A DNA stretch of 64,000 nt, taken from assembly GCA_030390025.1 (NCBI GenBank), contig CM059432.1, positions 33,978,001 to 34,042,000 on the forward strand, written 5' to 3'. The notes under the pieces are model-generated. The model was not told the DNA's origin and did not search any database. It saw nothing but the letters and a program-made list of their open reading frames with translations. Origin of the DNA: Squalus acanthias. Lineage: Eukaryota. Positions 38,044 through 50,123 of this stretch are shown here, piece by piece (position 1 is the first letter of the stretch; each line of letters opens with the position of its first letter). A program made the position numbers and the translations under genes.

Positions 38044-38994
38044 TTAGTTTAAACCTCCCCCAACAGTACTAGCAAATCTCCCCGCAAGGATGTTGGTCCC
38101 GTTCCGGTTCAGGTGCAACCCGTCTGACTTGTACAGGTCCCACCTTCCCCAGAAACCGATCCAGTGATCCAGGAAACTAAAGCCCTCCCTCCTGCACCAA
38201 CTCTTTAGCCACGCATTCATCTGCTCTATCCTCCTATTCCTATACTCACTAGCACGTGGCACCAGGAGTAATCCAGAGATTACAACCTTTGAGGTCCTGC
38301 TTTTTAATCTGCTACCTAGCTCCCTAAATTCTTGTTGCAGGACCTCATCCCTCTTTCTACCCATGTCATTGGTACCAATGTGAACCACGACCTCTGACTG
38401 TTCGCCCTCCCCCTTCAGAATGCCCTGCAGCCATTCAGTGACATCCTTGACCCTGGCACCAGGGAGGCAACATACCATCCTGGAGTCACGTCTGCGGCCA
38501 CAGAAACGTCTATCTGTTCCCCTTACGATAGAATCCCCTATCACTATTGCTCTCCCACTCTTTTTCCTCCTCTCCTGTGCAGCTGAGCCAGTCATAGTGC
38601 CACGGACTTGGCTCTTGCTGCATTCCCCTGAGAAACCATCTCCCCCATCAGTATCTAAATTGGAAAATCTATCGGAGAGGGAGATGGACCATGGGGACTT
38701 CTGCACTACCTTCCTAGTTCTTTTACTCTGTCTGGCGGTCACCCATTCCCTGTCTGCCTGTGCACTCTTTACCTGCGGTGTGACCACCTTGTTAAACGTG
38801 CTATCCATGAAGAGCTCAGCTTCGTGGATGCTCCACAGTGACTCCAGCTGCAGCTCCAGCTCCGAAACGCAGATTTCGAGTAGCTGCAGCTGGAGCCACT
38901 TCCTGCACATGTGTTCGCCCTGGACACCTAAAGTGTCCCTGACTTCCAACATAGCGCAGGAGGAGCACTCCACACTGCCGAGCTGCCCTGCCAT
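38044..38994 (-). CDS. CR1 ORF1: Cys-rich/leucine-zipper N-terminus + SGNH/GDSL esterase domain
   Basis: Uninterrupted 316 aa; CSSC, GDSIVR, HIGTND and DGLHLN blocks. Confidence 0.85.
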   Translation of the reverse strand: MAGQLGSVECSSCAMLEVRDTLGVQGEHMCRKWLQLQLLEICVSELELQLESLWSIHEAELFMDSTFNKVVTPQVKSAQADREWVTARQSKRTRKVVQKSPWSISLSDRFSNLDTDGGDGFSGECSKSQVRGTMTGSAAQERRKKSGRAIVIGDSIVRGTDRRFCGRRRDSRMVCCLPGARVKDVTEWLQGILKGEGEQSEVVVHIGTNDMGRKRDEVLQQEFRELGSRLKSRTSKVVISGLLLVPRASEYRNRRIEQMNAWLKSWCRREGFSFLDHWIGFWGRWDLYKSDGLHLNRNGTNILAGRFASTVGGGLN

Positions 38995-39044
38995 GTCCTA
39001 CCCTTAATTTACTCCCTTTAAATTCAAGAATATTAAAAACACTA

Positions 39045-39937
39045 GGGGGAAAAATTCAGTATCGCCCCATTTGGTGCGCAATTATCGGCCGGGCGCAAAG
39101 ATTAGCGCCTGGCGCTAATTATCGCCACCGACTGCAAACTTGACTTTTATCGCCCCTGGAGGTGATTGCAGTGCTAAATCAGGCGCTTCACACCTGTCTT
39201 AAGGCACAAAGGCCGAGGAGCGAGGCGCTACCTCAGAGCACTGGCGAAGCTCATGTAATGTCAGTCAGCAATGGAACACACACACAATGGCACGGGCCAG
39301 TTCTTAAAGGGGATGGTTAATCTTGCTTTCCATCCACATCCTGCTCATTGCAGCCTTGAATCTCGGCCTGGAGAGACCTGCACATCAAATCTGCTGGAAA
39401 GAACAATGGAGAGTACCAGGCAAAGAGCTCAGAGTGCAGCCCCCACAGTCTCTTCTAAATCGATACAAGGAATGGCAAATCAAAATGAACCTGCAAAGTG
39501 CTGCTCAGTACCCAAAACTCCTTCACACAACGTTGAATCTCTCCAGAAGTCTCTCCCTCTCTCTCTCAGAATGCGTAGTTCAAAAATGGCACCAACAATA
39601 AAAAGCAGGAAGCGGTCACCTTTAAATAGCGCTCCCCCTTTCCCTTCATGACTGCAGAACGCTCCCCTCAACCTGTCGTTGCTAGCGTCAGGCGGTAAGG
39701 CAGGGGGTGCCACTCAATATCTGCTCCGGGGCGATACCGGGGCGTTGTGCACTCGACTGACATCACGATCTGCCGGTGTAGGAGATCGTGGCGGTAGTGT
39801 TTAGCACCGCCGCAAAATGTCTAGTTAATTTCGCGAGCGGCGCAAACTTCGCCGCGCCTGGGTGCCAGATGCTTTGCGCCCCATTAGCGCCCTCTTAAGG
39901 CGCTAACGGGAGGCACAACCAACTGAATTTTTCCCCC
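39045..39937 (-). mobile_element. Non-autonomous derivative (893 bp) of the 30682-34820 Harbinger family
   Basis: TIRs GGGGGAAAAATTCAGT / ACTGAATTTTTCCCCC; both subterminal regions homologous to the autonomous element; flanks CTA / (C)TAA. Confidence 0.92.
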
Positions 39938-41363
39938 TAAGGACCTTATTTCCCTTTAAACACTACTTACTCTAAACTAAAGACCTTACTTTTACTTTAA
40001 TGACTGGAATGTAGAAATACTGTAGAAATACTCACCACTGGTTCACTGTCCCCTCTTGTGCAGCTTTTTAGCTCCTGATCTCCTGGAAGCTGAAAAAGAT
40101 GGAAAAAGTAAGGAACACCTCCACTCACTCACTCACCAAACTCACAGCTTAACACTCTGTTCCGATCTACACTCTGTGACAAACTGCACTCTAGCCTCCC
40201 TTATTTATACTGCTGAGATTTAAATAATTGAGCTCTCTGGCAGTTACAGAACCAGATTAGACCACTTAATTAATTAAGAACTCTCACCTGCTCTCCAGCA
40301 CAGAGCTTGCTTAGCCCTGCCCAAGCCTGGAAGAAACTTAAAACTTGAAACAGTAAATTTAAATGCTAATTGCAAGCACACAAGACTAGAATTTATAAAA
40401 ATAAGAGATTAACCTTTAAGATTTACTCCCTCACTCACCAAACTCGCAGCTTAACACTCTGTGCCGATCTGCACTCTATTCTATGATTCTATGATTCGTC
40501 TTGCTCAGATCCAAAATGGATGACCTCACATTGAACTCTATCTGCCAGAGTGCTGCCTGCTCACTTAGTCTGTCTATGTCCCTTTGTACCTCCCTGCTCC
40601 CATCTACAGAACTTACTGTGCAGTGGTGGGTCAGATACAGCATGTGACAGATGCAGACTAAGTAAAGCTCTTGATACATACACGCTCTGCATGATTAGGC
40701 CTGTCACTTAGAGCCGCCCATTCAGCTCCAATTATTCCTGCGCACCAATACCCTAACATGTAGGTTGCCCATAAATGGACAAGCAGCGGAAAGCTGACCA
40801 GTGCATTATAGTTTGTTAAATCCCCTACACTGATTCCGGCAGGCACTTGGGGGTCCCCAAGCCTCTGGTCTGCCAAGCTGCTGCTAAGCTTTTGGGATTT
40901 GGTTAAGTGGAGAGTGTCTCTAATGGAAGGACAATATCTATATCGGGCAAACAAAAACTCTACTCACTTAGTTGGCTTCTGTTGTGGAGCCTCGGCCACC
41001 GGTAGCGACCACCAATGCTGGAACAGCTCTGATTTCCCCCTCTCCCCCATTTCTTTCTTCTCTCCAAAGAAAGCATTTGCAAATCCTACAGCTTGGAGTG
41101 AAGAGGCTGTGAAGGATGAAAGAGAAATATAGAAAACAGAAAGAGGGAGAAAAATAGAGCAAGACATGGATGGGAGAGAATAACAAAATACATTAATACC
41201 ACTTAGCCATCTCTTTTTGCCTGGATGACCTAGCCTTGAGAACTTTTGCTATGTTTAGATATTTTGTTGTGAGGGGAATAAGGTTTGTGACTGACTTCCA
41301 CAACTGGGGTTAGTCTAGTGCTGAAAGTCTGAGCAACATTTAGGGCTTTAAATTAGACAGAGT

Positions 41364-41963
41364 GGGGTCTATTTTAACTCCCCCTCCGCTTGGCAGAAAT
41401 CAGGCGGGTAGGACAGTTAAAATGGAGCGGGGGAAACTTACCCACTTCGTTCCTGCCCGCAACTGGCCAATTGCAATTTGAAATTGCAGGCAACATGGAC
41501 ACCTGCCCCAAGCCAGCGGGATCCTCTTTAAATATGCAGATCGGTTTCCAATGACGTATCATCGGGGCCCCGATCTGTGATTTTAACCTGGGGCCTGAAC
41601 GGGGCAGCAACGATGGCTTCTCCGCCAGGCCGAACCTGCTGGGAGCCAGCAGCCAGGGCCAGAAGAGGCTCAGAGAGGTCAGCTTTATTACAGGAGGAGT
41701 AGGTGTACTCCTCCGGGCTCCACAAGGAAACCCTGGACCTCCCCTTCCCCAGTCGCCTGCTGAAGCACTCAGCTTGTGCCGAGGACCGTTCCCCTGGGTC
41801 ACTGGAAGCGGCCTCATGCCGCCTGATTTTAACAGCCTGGCAGCTGCTTCCCGCCTCACCTCCCGGCTGTTTTGGTCGGGTAGTTGCCAAACGGCGTGTT
41901 AATGAGACCCCGGCTGTTAGAATCGGTCGAGCCTTCCCAGTGGCGCGAGTTAAAATCGAGCCC
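41364..41963. mobile_element. 600-bp Harbinger-type MITE
   Basis: TIRs GGGGTCTATTTTAACTC / GAGTTAAAATCGAGCCC; TSD AGT. Confidence 0.85.
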
Positions 41964-41981
41964 AGTGAAAAAGAACTTCTT

Positions 41982-42437
41982 TGCTCAGTGATAACGCTCT
42001 TGTGTGTGAGTCGGAAGGTTGTGGGTTCGAGCCCCACTCCGGAGACTCAAGCACAAAATCCAGGCTGACACGCCAGTGCAGCACTGAAGGAGTGCTGTAC
42101 TGTCAGAGGTGCCGTCTTTCGGATGAGAAGTTAAACCGAGGCCCCGCCTACCCTCTCAGGTGGACGTAAAAGATCCCATGGCAATATTCGAAGAAGAGCA
42201 GGGGAGTTCTCCCAGTGTCCTGGCCAATATGTATTCCTCAAGCAACGTCTAAAGCAGATTATCTGGTCACTTATTTCATTGCTGTTTTTGGGACCTTGCT
42301 GTGCGTAAATTGGCGGCTGCCTTTCCCTACATTACAACAGTGACTACACTTTAAATGTACTTCATTGGCTGTAAAGCGCTTTGGGGCGTCCTGAGGTTGT
42401 GAAAGGCAGTATATAAATGCAGTCTTTCTTTCTTTCT
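41982..42437 (+). mobile_element. Near full-length SacSINE1-like SINE (tRNA head, Deu-like core)
   Basis: A-box-like TGCTCAGTGATA, B-box GGTTCGAGCCC, gccgtctttcggatgag...aaagatcccatggc core, tail tatataaatgcagtctttctttc. Confidence 0.85.
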
Positions 42438-43591
42438 GGAGCCAGCAGGTGAAAAACAAGATGAGCACGGCGGGGGTTAAATGACGGCGACTGTTAGTGA
42501 TTACAGTCAGAGGAAGGGGGAGTAACTGGAGTAGAGAGTCTGAGCTCATTCTTGCAACATTTACACAGCTGTTCCTCAAGGAGGAAGTGAGGGAAAAGAG
42601 TCTCACCACATATTGTAAAATAAAATGTGGCCTTTTCTGTAGAATTGGCTGTTTTTCTTTTTCTCAAAAAAAGCAAAGGTACAATTCCCTTACAAACTGT
42701 GGTGTGGATTACTAAACTCCAGCTGAACGCATTAACCGCCCATCCCCCCCACCCCCACTTCAATTGTAGGTCTGGTCCACTCGCCTCAGCAGTGCTCACC
42801 ATTTCCTCTTCCCCCGCCTCCCTCAATAATAAGTGGGTTATAAAGTGCCTTCACCTCAGCAGGAAAAACCCTCACATCACTCCCCACACTCCACTGCCAT
42901 TTCTTTCCCATCCGATTTTCGCCCTCCTGCCCTGAAGGTTTTGATTGATGGCGGGGAGGGGACGAGGGGAGTGGAGCAGTCCCGCTGCCCAGCTGCCGGC
43001 CAGTACCTCACTCGCGTTGCCATTCCTCCTGCGTGAGGCTCGGCAGTGACTGTCGCCGGGCTGTGCAACCATAGAGGCCATCGCATCCTGGCCCAATCTC
43101 ATCATTCGCTTATCATTTTCAGCAGGGCTCACTGGGTAGTGATCAGGAGGGGGAGTTCCTGAAAACCTTCCCAGATCGCTTACTCCCTCAGTCCATGGAT
43201 ACCGACACCTACTGCAGCAGCCCTACAGCTGATTCAGAGCAGGTCAGGGATGACACCTGAGATCTTCACAGTGCATTCAACAACGACTCCCCTCACACCA
43301 CCTTTTGCTTCCTCATCTACGTGCTGCCTCTTGGCGGCATCATCCTCCGCAGGCAAGGCTGGGGGCCATTTTAATGGAGAACAGGTCAGGTGCAGCCTGG
43401 GACAGAGGCCCGGGAGATTTTAACTCATCTACATGCTGCCAATCTCCCGTCCAAACCCAGTGCGAATTTAAGAACATAAGAAATAGGAGCTGGAGTAGGT
43501 CATTTGGCCCTTCAAGCCTGCTCCAACATTCAACAAGATCATGGCTGATCTTCTACCTCAACTCCACATTCCCGCACTATCCCCATATCTC

Positions 43592-43640
43592 CACGGATGC
43601 TGCCTGGCCTGCTGAGTTTTTCAGCGTTTTCTGTTGTTAT
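43592..43640 (+). mobile_element. ~50-bp Penelope pseudo-LTR fragment
   Basis: cacggatgctgcctggcctgctgagtttttcagcgttttctgttgttat between tccccatatctc / tccccacatctc duplications. Confidence 0.75.
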
Positions 43641-44480
43641 TCCCCACATCTCTTAACTCCCTAAGTTCCCAAAAATGTATCGACCTGTCTTGAACATACT
43701 CAATGACTGAGCATCCATAGCTCTCTGGGGTAGAGAATTCCAAAGATTCACAACCTTTTGAGTGAAGAAATTTCTCCTCATCTCAGTCCTAAATGGCCGA
43801 CCCCTTATTCTGAGACTGTGACCCCGTGTTCTAGATTCCCCAACCAGGGGAAACATTTTCCCAGCATTAACCCTGTCAAGCCCCATAAGAATTTTATATG
43901 TTTCAATTAGATCACCTCTCATTCTTCTAAACTCTAGGGAATATAGGCCTAGTCTACTCAATCTCTCCTCATAGGGCAATCCTCTCATCCCAGGAACCAG
44001 TCTAGTGAACCTTCGTTGCACTCCCTCTAAGGCAAGTATGTCTTTCCTTAGGTAAGGAGACCAGAACTGTACACAGTACTCCAGGTGTGGCCTCACCAAT
44101 GCCCTGTAGAATTGTAGTAAGATTTCTTTACTCTTATACTCTAATCCCTTTGTAACAAAAGCTAACATCACATTGCTTTCCTAATTGCTTGTCGTACCTG
44201 CATGTTAAGGACACCCAGGTCCCTCTGAATGCAGACATTTCCCAGTCTCTCACCATTCAAAAAATATTCTGCTTTTTTGTTTTTCCTACCAAAGTGGATA
44301 ACTTCACACTTCCTCAACATTGTATTCCATTTGCCATGTTCTTGCCCACTCAGTCAACTTGTCTATATCTATCTGCAGCCTCTTTGTGTCCTTCTCACAG
44401 ATTACTTTTCCACCTAACTTTGTATCATCAGCAAACTTGGATACGTTACACTTAGTCCCTTCATCTATGTCATTAATATA

Positions 44481-45244
44481 CGGCCAGAAATTCGGGTCGG
44501 AGGCTTCCCGCGGGTGCAAGCATAGCGGGTGCACTTACATAGCGCGCCTGCCGTTGTGCTGTGGGCCCGCATGGAATTCGCATCCTGGGCCTCCTCCAGC
44601 TGCCAGTGCGCAGTGCTCGCGGATCCCAGCGGCGCAGTTAGTTCGAAGCATCCCCTGGGATCACGTGGGCCATGGGGAGCCAATCGGAGCAGGGAATCTC
44701 CATTCATAGATTTGACAGGAAGACCTGTCAAATCTATGAATAGAGATCGGCCCCAAAACCTAACTAAAACTTCAAATAAATTTTTTAAAAAACATCATAT
44801 TTTTAAAATAACTATAAATTACATAAAATAACTATTTTAAACAATAATTTAAATTTTTGAAAAAATGAATTACAGTTTTTAACGGGCTAAAAATAAACGT
44901 ACCTTTCTTTAAAGTATTTAAAAATAATAAACCTGTGGAAAAAATGTTTTAATTTTACTTAATTCACCACTTACCTTGTTAAAAGCAAGCCTTGCGCCTG
45001 CTTTTTCCCCGCGCAGCTGCCAGGGACTTACCCGCACGGAGAAACCTGTAAAAAAAGCCGAAGTTCACTGCATGCGCGCTGCCTCCCCTGCGCACGCGGT
45101 TGACCCGCGAACCCCTTCCTTCACGAGACCGGAAGTTCCGGTTTCCCGTGCATGCGCAGTGCATGCGCGAAACCGGCACTTCCGGTGGCCCTACAGGTGA
45201 GTACACAGCGCGTATTCACCCGTGGGGACCCGAATTTCTGCCCC
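44481..45244. mobile_element. 764-bp Harbinger-type MITE in CR1 RT
   Basis: TIRs CGGCCAGAAATTCGGGTC / GACCCGAATTTCTGCCCC; flanks ATA / ATT; CR1 sequence resumes colinearly. Confidence 0.8.
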
Positions 45245-45878
45245 ATTGATTGTAAATAGCTGAGGCCCAAGCATTGACCCCGCTAATTACAGCCTGCCAA
45301 CCGGAAAATGACCGGTTTATTCCTACTCTTTGTTTTCTGTCCATTAACCAATCCTCAATCCATGCTAATATATTACCCCCAATCCCATGAGTCCTAATTT
45401 TGTGTAATAACTTCTTGTGTGGCACCTTATCGAATGCTTTTTGAAAATCCAAATACATCACATCCACTGGTTCCCCCTGATCTATTCTGCTAGTTACAAC
45501 CTCAAAAAACTCTAACAGATCTGTCAAACACTATTTCCCTTTCATAAAACCATGTTGACTCTGCCTAATTATATTACAATTTTCTAAGTGCCCTGTTACC
45601 ACATCCCTAATAATAGATTCTAGCATTTTGCCTACTACTGATGTCAGGCTAACTGGCCTATAGTTCCCTGTTTTTTCTCTTCTTCCTTTCTTAAATAGCA
45701 AGGTTATGTTTGCTACCTTCCAATCTTTGGGGACTGTTCTAGAATCTAGGGAATTCTGGAAGATTAATACCAGTGCATCCACTATCTCTGCAGCTACCTC
45801 TTTTAAAACCCTAGGATGCAGGTCGTCAGGTCCAAGGGATTTGTCGCCACTTAGTCCCATTAATTTTTCCAGTACTAT

Positions 45879-47615
45879 GGGGGAAAAATTCAGTTGGTTT
45901 GCACCTCCCATTAGCGCCTTAAGAGAGCACTAATGGGGCGCAAAGCAACTAGCGCCCGTGCGCGGCGATGTTTGCGCCGCTCACGAAATTAACTAGACAT
46001 TTTGCAGCGGAGCTAAACACTACCGCCAGGATCTCCTGCGCCGGTAGATTGTGACGTCAGTCGAGTGCGCAACGCCCCGGTAGCGCCCCGGACCGGATAT
46101 TGAGTGGCGCCCCCTGCCTTACCGCCTGCCGCTAGCAACGACAGGTTGAGGGGAGCGTTTTGCAGTCAGGAAGGGACTGGGGGAGTGCTATTTAAAGGCG
46201 ACCACTTCCTGCCTTTTTTTGTTGGTGACATTTTTGCACCACGCATTCTGAGAGAGGGAGAGAGAGGGGGAAAATTCAGTATCGCCCCGTTTGGGGCGCA
46301 ATTATCGGCTGTGCGCAAAGTTTAGCGCCTGGCGCTAATTATCGCCTCTGACCGCAAACTAGGCTTTTATCGCCCCTGGAGGTGATTGGAGCGCTAAATC
46401 AGGCGCTTCAAAACTGTCTTAAGGCGCAAAGGCCGACGAGCGAGGTCAGTCAGCAATGGAACACAGACACAATGGCGCAAGCCAGTTCTTAAAGGGGAGG
46501 GTTGATCTTGCTCTCCATCCACATCCTGCTCATTGCAGCCTTGAATCTCAGCCTGGAGAGACCTGTACATCAAATCTGCTGGAAAGAACAATGGAGAGAA
46601 CCAGGGAAAGAGCTCAGAGTGCAGCCCCCACAGTCTCTTCTAAATAGATGCAAGGACGGCCAAATCAAAATGAACCTGCAAAGTGCTGCTCAGTACCCAA
46701 AACTCCTTCACACAGCGTTGAATCTCTCCAGAAGTCTCTCTCTCTCTCTCAGAATGCGTGGTGCAAAAATGTCACCAACAAAAAAAGGCAGGAAGCGTTC
46801 GCCTTTAAAAGCGCTCCCCCAGTCCCTTCCTGACTGCAAAACGCTCCCTTCAACCTGTCATTGCTAGCGGCAGGCAGTAAGGCAGGGGACTCCACTCAAT
46901 ATCCGCTCCGGGGCGCTACCGGGGCGTTGCGCACTCGACTGACGTCATGATCTGCCGGCGCAGGAGATCGTGGCGGTAGTGTTTAGCCTGGTCAATTTCA
47001 CGAAAGGCGCAGATATCGCCGCGCCAGGCGCTAGTTGCTTTGCGCCCCATTAACGCCCTCTTAATGCGCTATCGGAAGGCGCAAACCAACTGAATTTTTC
47101 CCCCAGAGACTTCTGGAGAAATTCAACACTGTGTGAAGGAGTTTTGGGTACTGAGCAGCACTTTGCAGGTTCATTTTGATTTCCCCTTCCTTGTATCGAT
47201 TTAGAAGAGACTGTGGGGGCTGCACTCTGTGCTCTTTCCCTGGTACTCTCCATTGTTCTTTCCAGCAGATTTGATGTACAGGTCTCTCCAAGGCCGAGAT
47301 TCACGGCTGCAATGAGCAGGATGTGGATGGAGAGCAAGATCAACCCTCCCCTTTAAGAACTGGCCGGCGCCATTGTGTCTGTGTTCCATTGCTGACTGAC
47401 ATCACATGAGCTTCGCCAGCGCTCTGAGGTAGCGCCTCGCTCCTCAGCCTTTGCGCCTTAAGACAGTTGTGAAGCGCCTGATTTAGTGCTCCAATCACCT
47501 CCAGGGGCGATAAAAGCCAAGTTTGCAGTCGGAGGCGATAATTAGCGCCAGGCGCTAATCTTTGCGCCCAGCCGATAATTGTGCCCCAAATGGGGCGATA
47601 CTGAATTTCTCCCCC
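45879..47615 (+). mobile_element. Non-autonomous Harbinger derivative (~895 bp) carrying a nested copy
   Basis: TIRs GGGGGAAAAATTCAGT / ACTGAATTTCTCCCCC; TSD TAT. Confidence 0.92.
46266..47104 (-). mobile_element. Non-autonomous Harbinger derivative (839 bp) nested in opposite orientation
   Basis: TIRs GGGGGAAAATTCAGT / ACTGAATTTTTCCCCC; TSD AGA (46263-46265, 47105-47107). Confidence 0.92.
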
Positions 47616-50123
47616 TATGTCTTTACTTATACTGATTTCTTTAATTTCCTCATTCTCTCTAGACGCTTGGTTCCCATTATTCCTGGAATGTTTTTTGTGT
47701 CTTCTACCATGAAGACAGATACAAAGTATTTGTTTAATGACTCTGCCATTTCCTTATTGCCCATTATAATTTCTCCTGTCTCTGCCTCTAATGGGCCCAT
47801 GTTTACTATCACTGATCTCTTCCTATTTGCATACCTAGAGAAACATTTACAATCTGTTTTTATGTCTCTTGCTAATTTACTCTCATAATTTTTTTTCTTT
47901 TTCCTTATCAATTTCTTGGTCCTCCTTTGCTGAATTCTAAAATCTTCCCAATCCTCAGGCTTACTACTTTTTTTGCAACAGTGTAAGCCTCTTCCTTTGA
48001 TCTAATACTATCTTTAACTTTTCTTGTTAGCCACGGTTAGACCACTTTTCCTGTGGGGTTTTTGTGCCTTAAAGGAATGTATATTTATTGTAAATTATGT
48101 ATTAACTCTTTAAATGCTAGCCATTGCTTGTCTACCGTCATACCTTTTAATGTAGTTTCCCAATCTACCTTAGCCAACTCGCCCCTCATACCTACATAGT
48201 TTGCTTTGTTTAGATTTAAGACCCTAGTTTCGGACTTAACTAAATCACTTTCAAACTCAATATAAAATTCTCTCATATTATGGTCACTCTTCCCTAAAGG
48301 CTGCTTTACTACAGGGTTATTAACTAACCCTTTCTCATTGCACAATACTAGATCTAAAATAGCCTGTTCCCTAGTTGGTTCCTCAACATACTGATCCAGA
48401 AAACTATCTTGTATATATTCCATGAACTCGTTCTCCACACTATTACTGCCAATTTGGTTTGCCCAGTCTATATGTAGATTAAAGTCCCCCATGATTACTG
48501 TGACACCCTTGTTACATGCACCTCTAATTTCCTGATTTATACTCTGCCCTACATTACAACTACTGTTTGGGGGCCTATAAACAACTCCCACCAATGTTTT
48601 CTGTCCCTTGCTGTTTCTTAGCTCCACCCCAACTGATTCTACTTCTTGATTTTCCGAGCCAAGCTCCTTTCCCTCTATTGTCTTTATCCCATCCTTTATT
48701 ATCAGGGCTAGCCTCCTCCTTTTTCCATTTTGCCTATCTCTTCTAAAAGTTAAGTATCCTGGAATATTTAGTTCCCAACCTTGGTCACTTTGCAACCACG
48801 TCTCTGTTATGGCAATTAGATCAAACCTATTAATTTCTATCTGTGCTATTAATTCATCTATTTAGTTGTGAATGCTTCGCACATTCAGATATAGTGCCTT
48901 TAGCTTTGACTTTTTTCTATTTTTCCCTGATTACACCTTAGTCACTGATGCCTTATTACCTTTGTTACTTTCTTTGTCCCTTCCTGACCCACTCTGCTTA
49001 TTTTTACCCAAAACATTTCCCTTGCTGCTTTTAAATGTACTCTTTCCTGAATCCTACCGCCAACCCCCTTCATTAGTTTAAAGCCCTGTCTACTGCCCTA
49101 GTTATTCGATTTGCCAGGACACTGGTTCCAGCCCGGTTTAAGCGGAGCCCATCCCAATGGAATAGCTCCCTCTTTCCCCAGTATTGGTGCCAGTGGTCCA
49201 TGAAGCAAAACCCCTACCTCCCACACCACTCTTTCAGCCATGCATTTAAGAACATAAGAAATAGGAGCAGGAATAGGCCACTTGGCCTCTCGAGCCTGCT
49301 CCGCCATTCAATAAGATCATGGCTGATCTTGGGCTCAAAGCCACTTCCCTGCCCGCTCCCCATAAGCCTTCACTCCCTTATTTTGCAAAAATCTGTCTAT
49401 CTCCACCTTAAAAGTATTTAATGACCCAGCCTCCACAGCTCTTTGGGGCAGAGAATTCCACAGATTTATGACCCTCTGAGAGAAGAAATTCCTCCTCATC
49501 TCAGTTCTAAAAGGCGACCCTTTATTCTGAAACTATGCCCCCGAGTTCTAGATTGCCCCACGAGAGGAAACATCCTCTCTGCATCTACCTTGTCGATCCC
49601 CATCAGTATCTTATATGCTTCAGTAAGATCACCTCTCATTCTTCTAAATTCCAATGAGTATAGGAGCAACCTGCTCAACCTTTCTTCATAAGTCAACCCC
49701 CTCATCTCAGGAATCAACCGTGTGAATCATCACTGAACTGCCTCCAATGCAAGTATATCCTTCCTTAAATAAGGAGACCAAAACTGTACACAGTACTCAA
49801 GGTGTGGTCTCACCAATACCCTGTACAGTTGTAGCAGGACTTCCCTGCTTTTATACTCCAACCCCCTTGCAATAAAGGCCAACATTCCATTTACCTTTTT
49901 GATTACTTGCTGTACCTGCATGCTAACTTTTTGTGTTTCATGCACAAGGACCCCCAGGTCCCTCTGAACTGTAGCATTTTGTAATCTCTCTCCATTTAAT
50001 TAAAAATTTGCTTTTTTATTTTTCCTGCCAAAGTGGATAACCTCGCACTTTCCCACATTATACTCCATCTGCCAAATGTTTGCCCACTCACCTAGCCTGT
50101 CTATATCCCTTTGCAGACTCTTT

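Larger units (their letters stand above)
30672..40477 (-). mobile_element. Essentially full-length CR1 LINE (~4.5 kb after removing three insertions)
   Basis: 5'UTR 38995-40477, ORF1 38044-38994, ORF2 EN+RT 37924-34899; tail agagtcATAgagttat split by the Harbinger; flanked by ATTCT. Confidence 0.85.
29778..40497 (+). mobile_element. CR1 3' fragment (29778-30671) whose (attctatg)n tail is displaced to 40478-40497
   Basis: DDTKLG...LVRPQLEYCAQFW...RRLRGDLIEVFKIM; 3'UTR ends ctgtaatcATTCT and resumes ATTCTatgattctatgattc. Confidence 0.8.
28817..40620 (-). mobile_element. Old CR1 fragment(s) at 28817-29777 resuming at ~40494-40620 (outer layer of nest)
   Basis: ...ccatcaagaaaatATTC at 29777 continues as ATTCgtcttgctcagatccaaaatggatgacctcaca near 40494, colinear with the RT region of other CR1 copies. 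Confidence 0.65.

Noticed and set aside
41982..42040. tRNA gene
   Set aside because: A/B boxes belong to a SINE head continuing into a multi-copy SINE body
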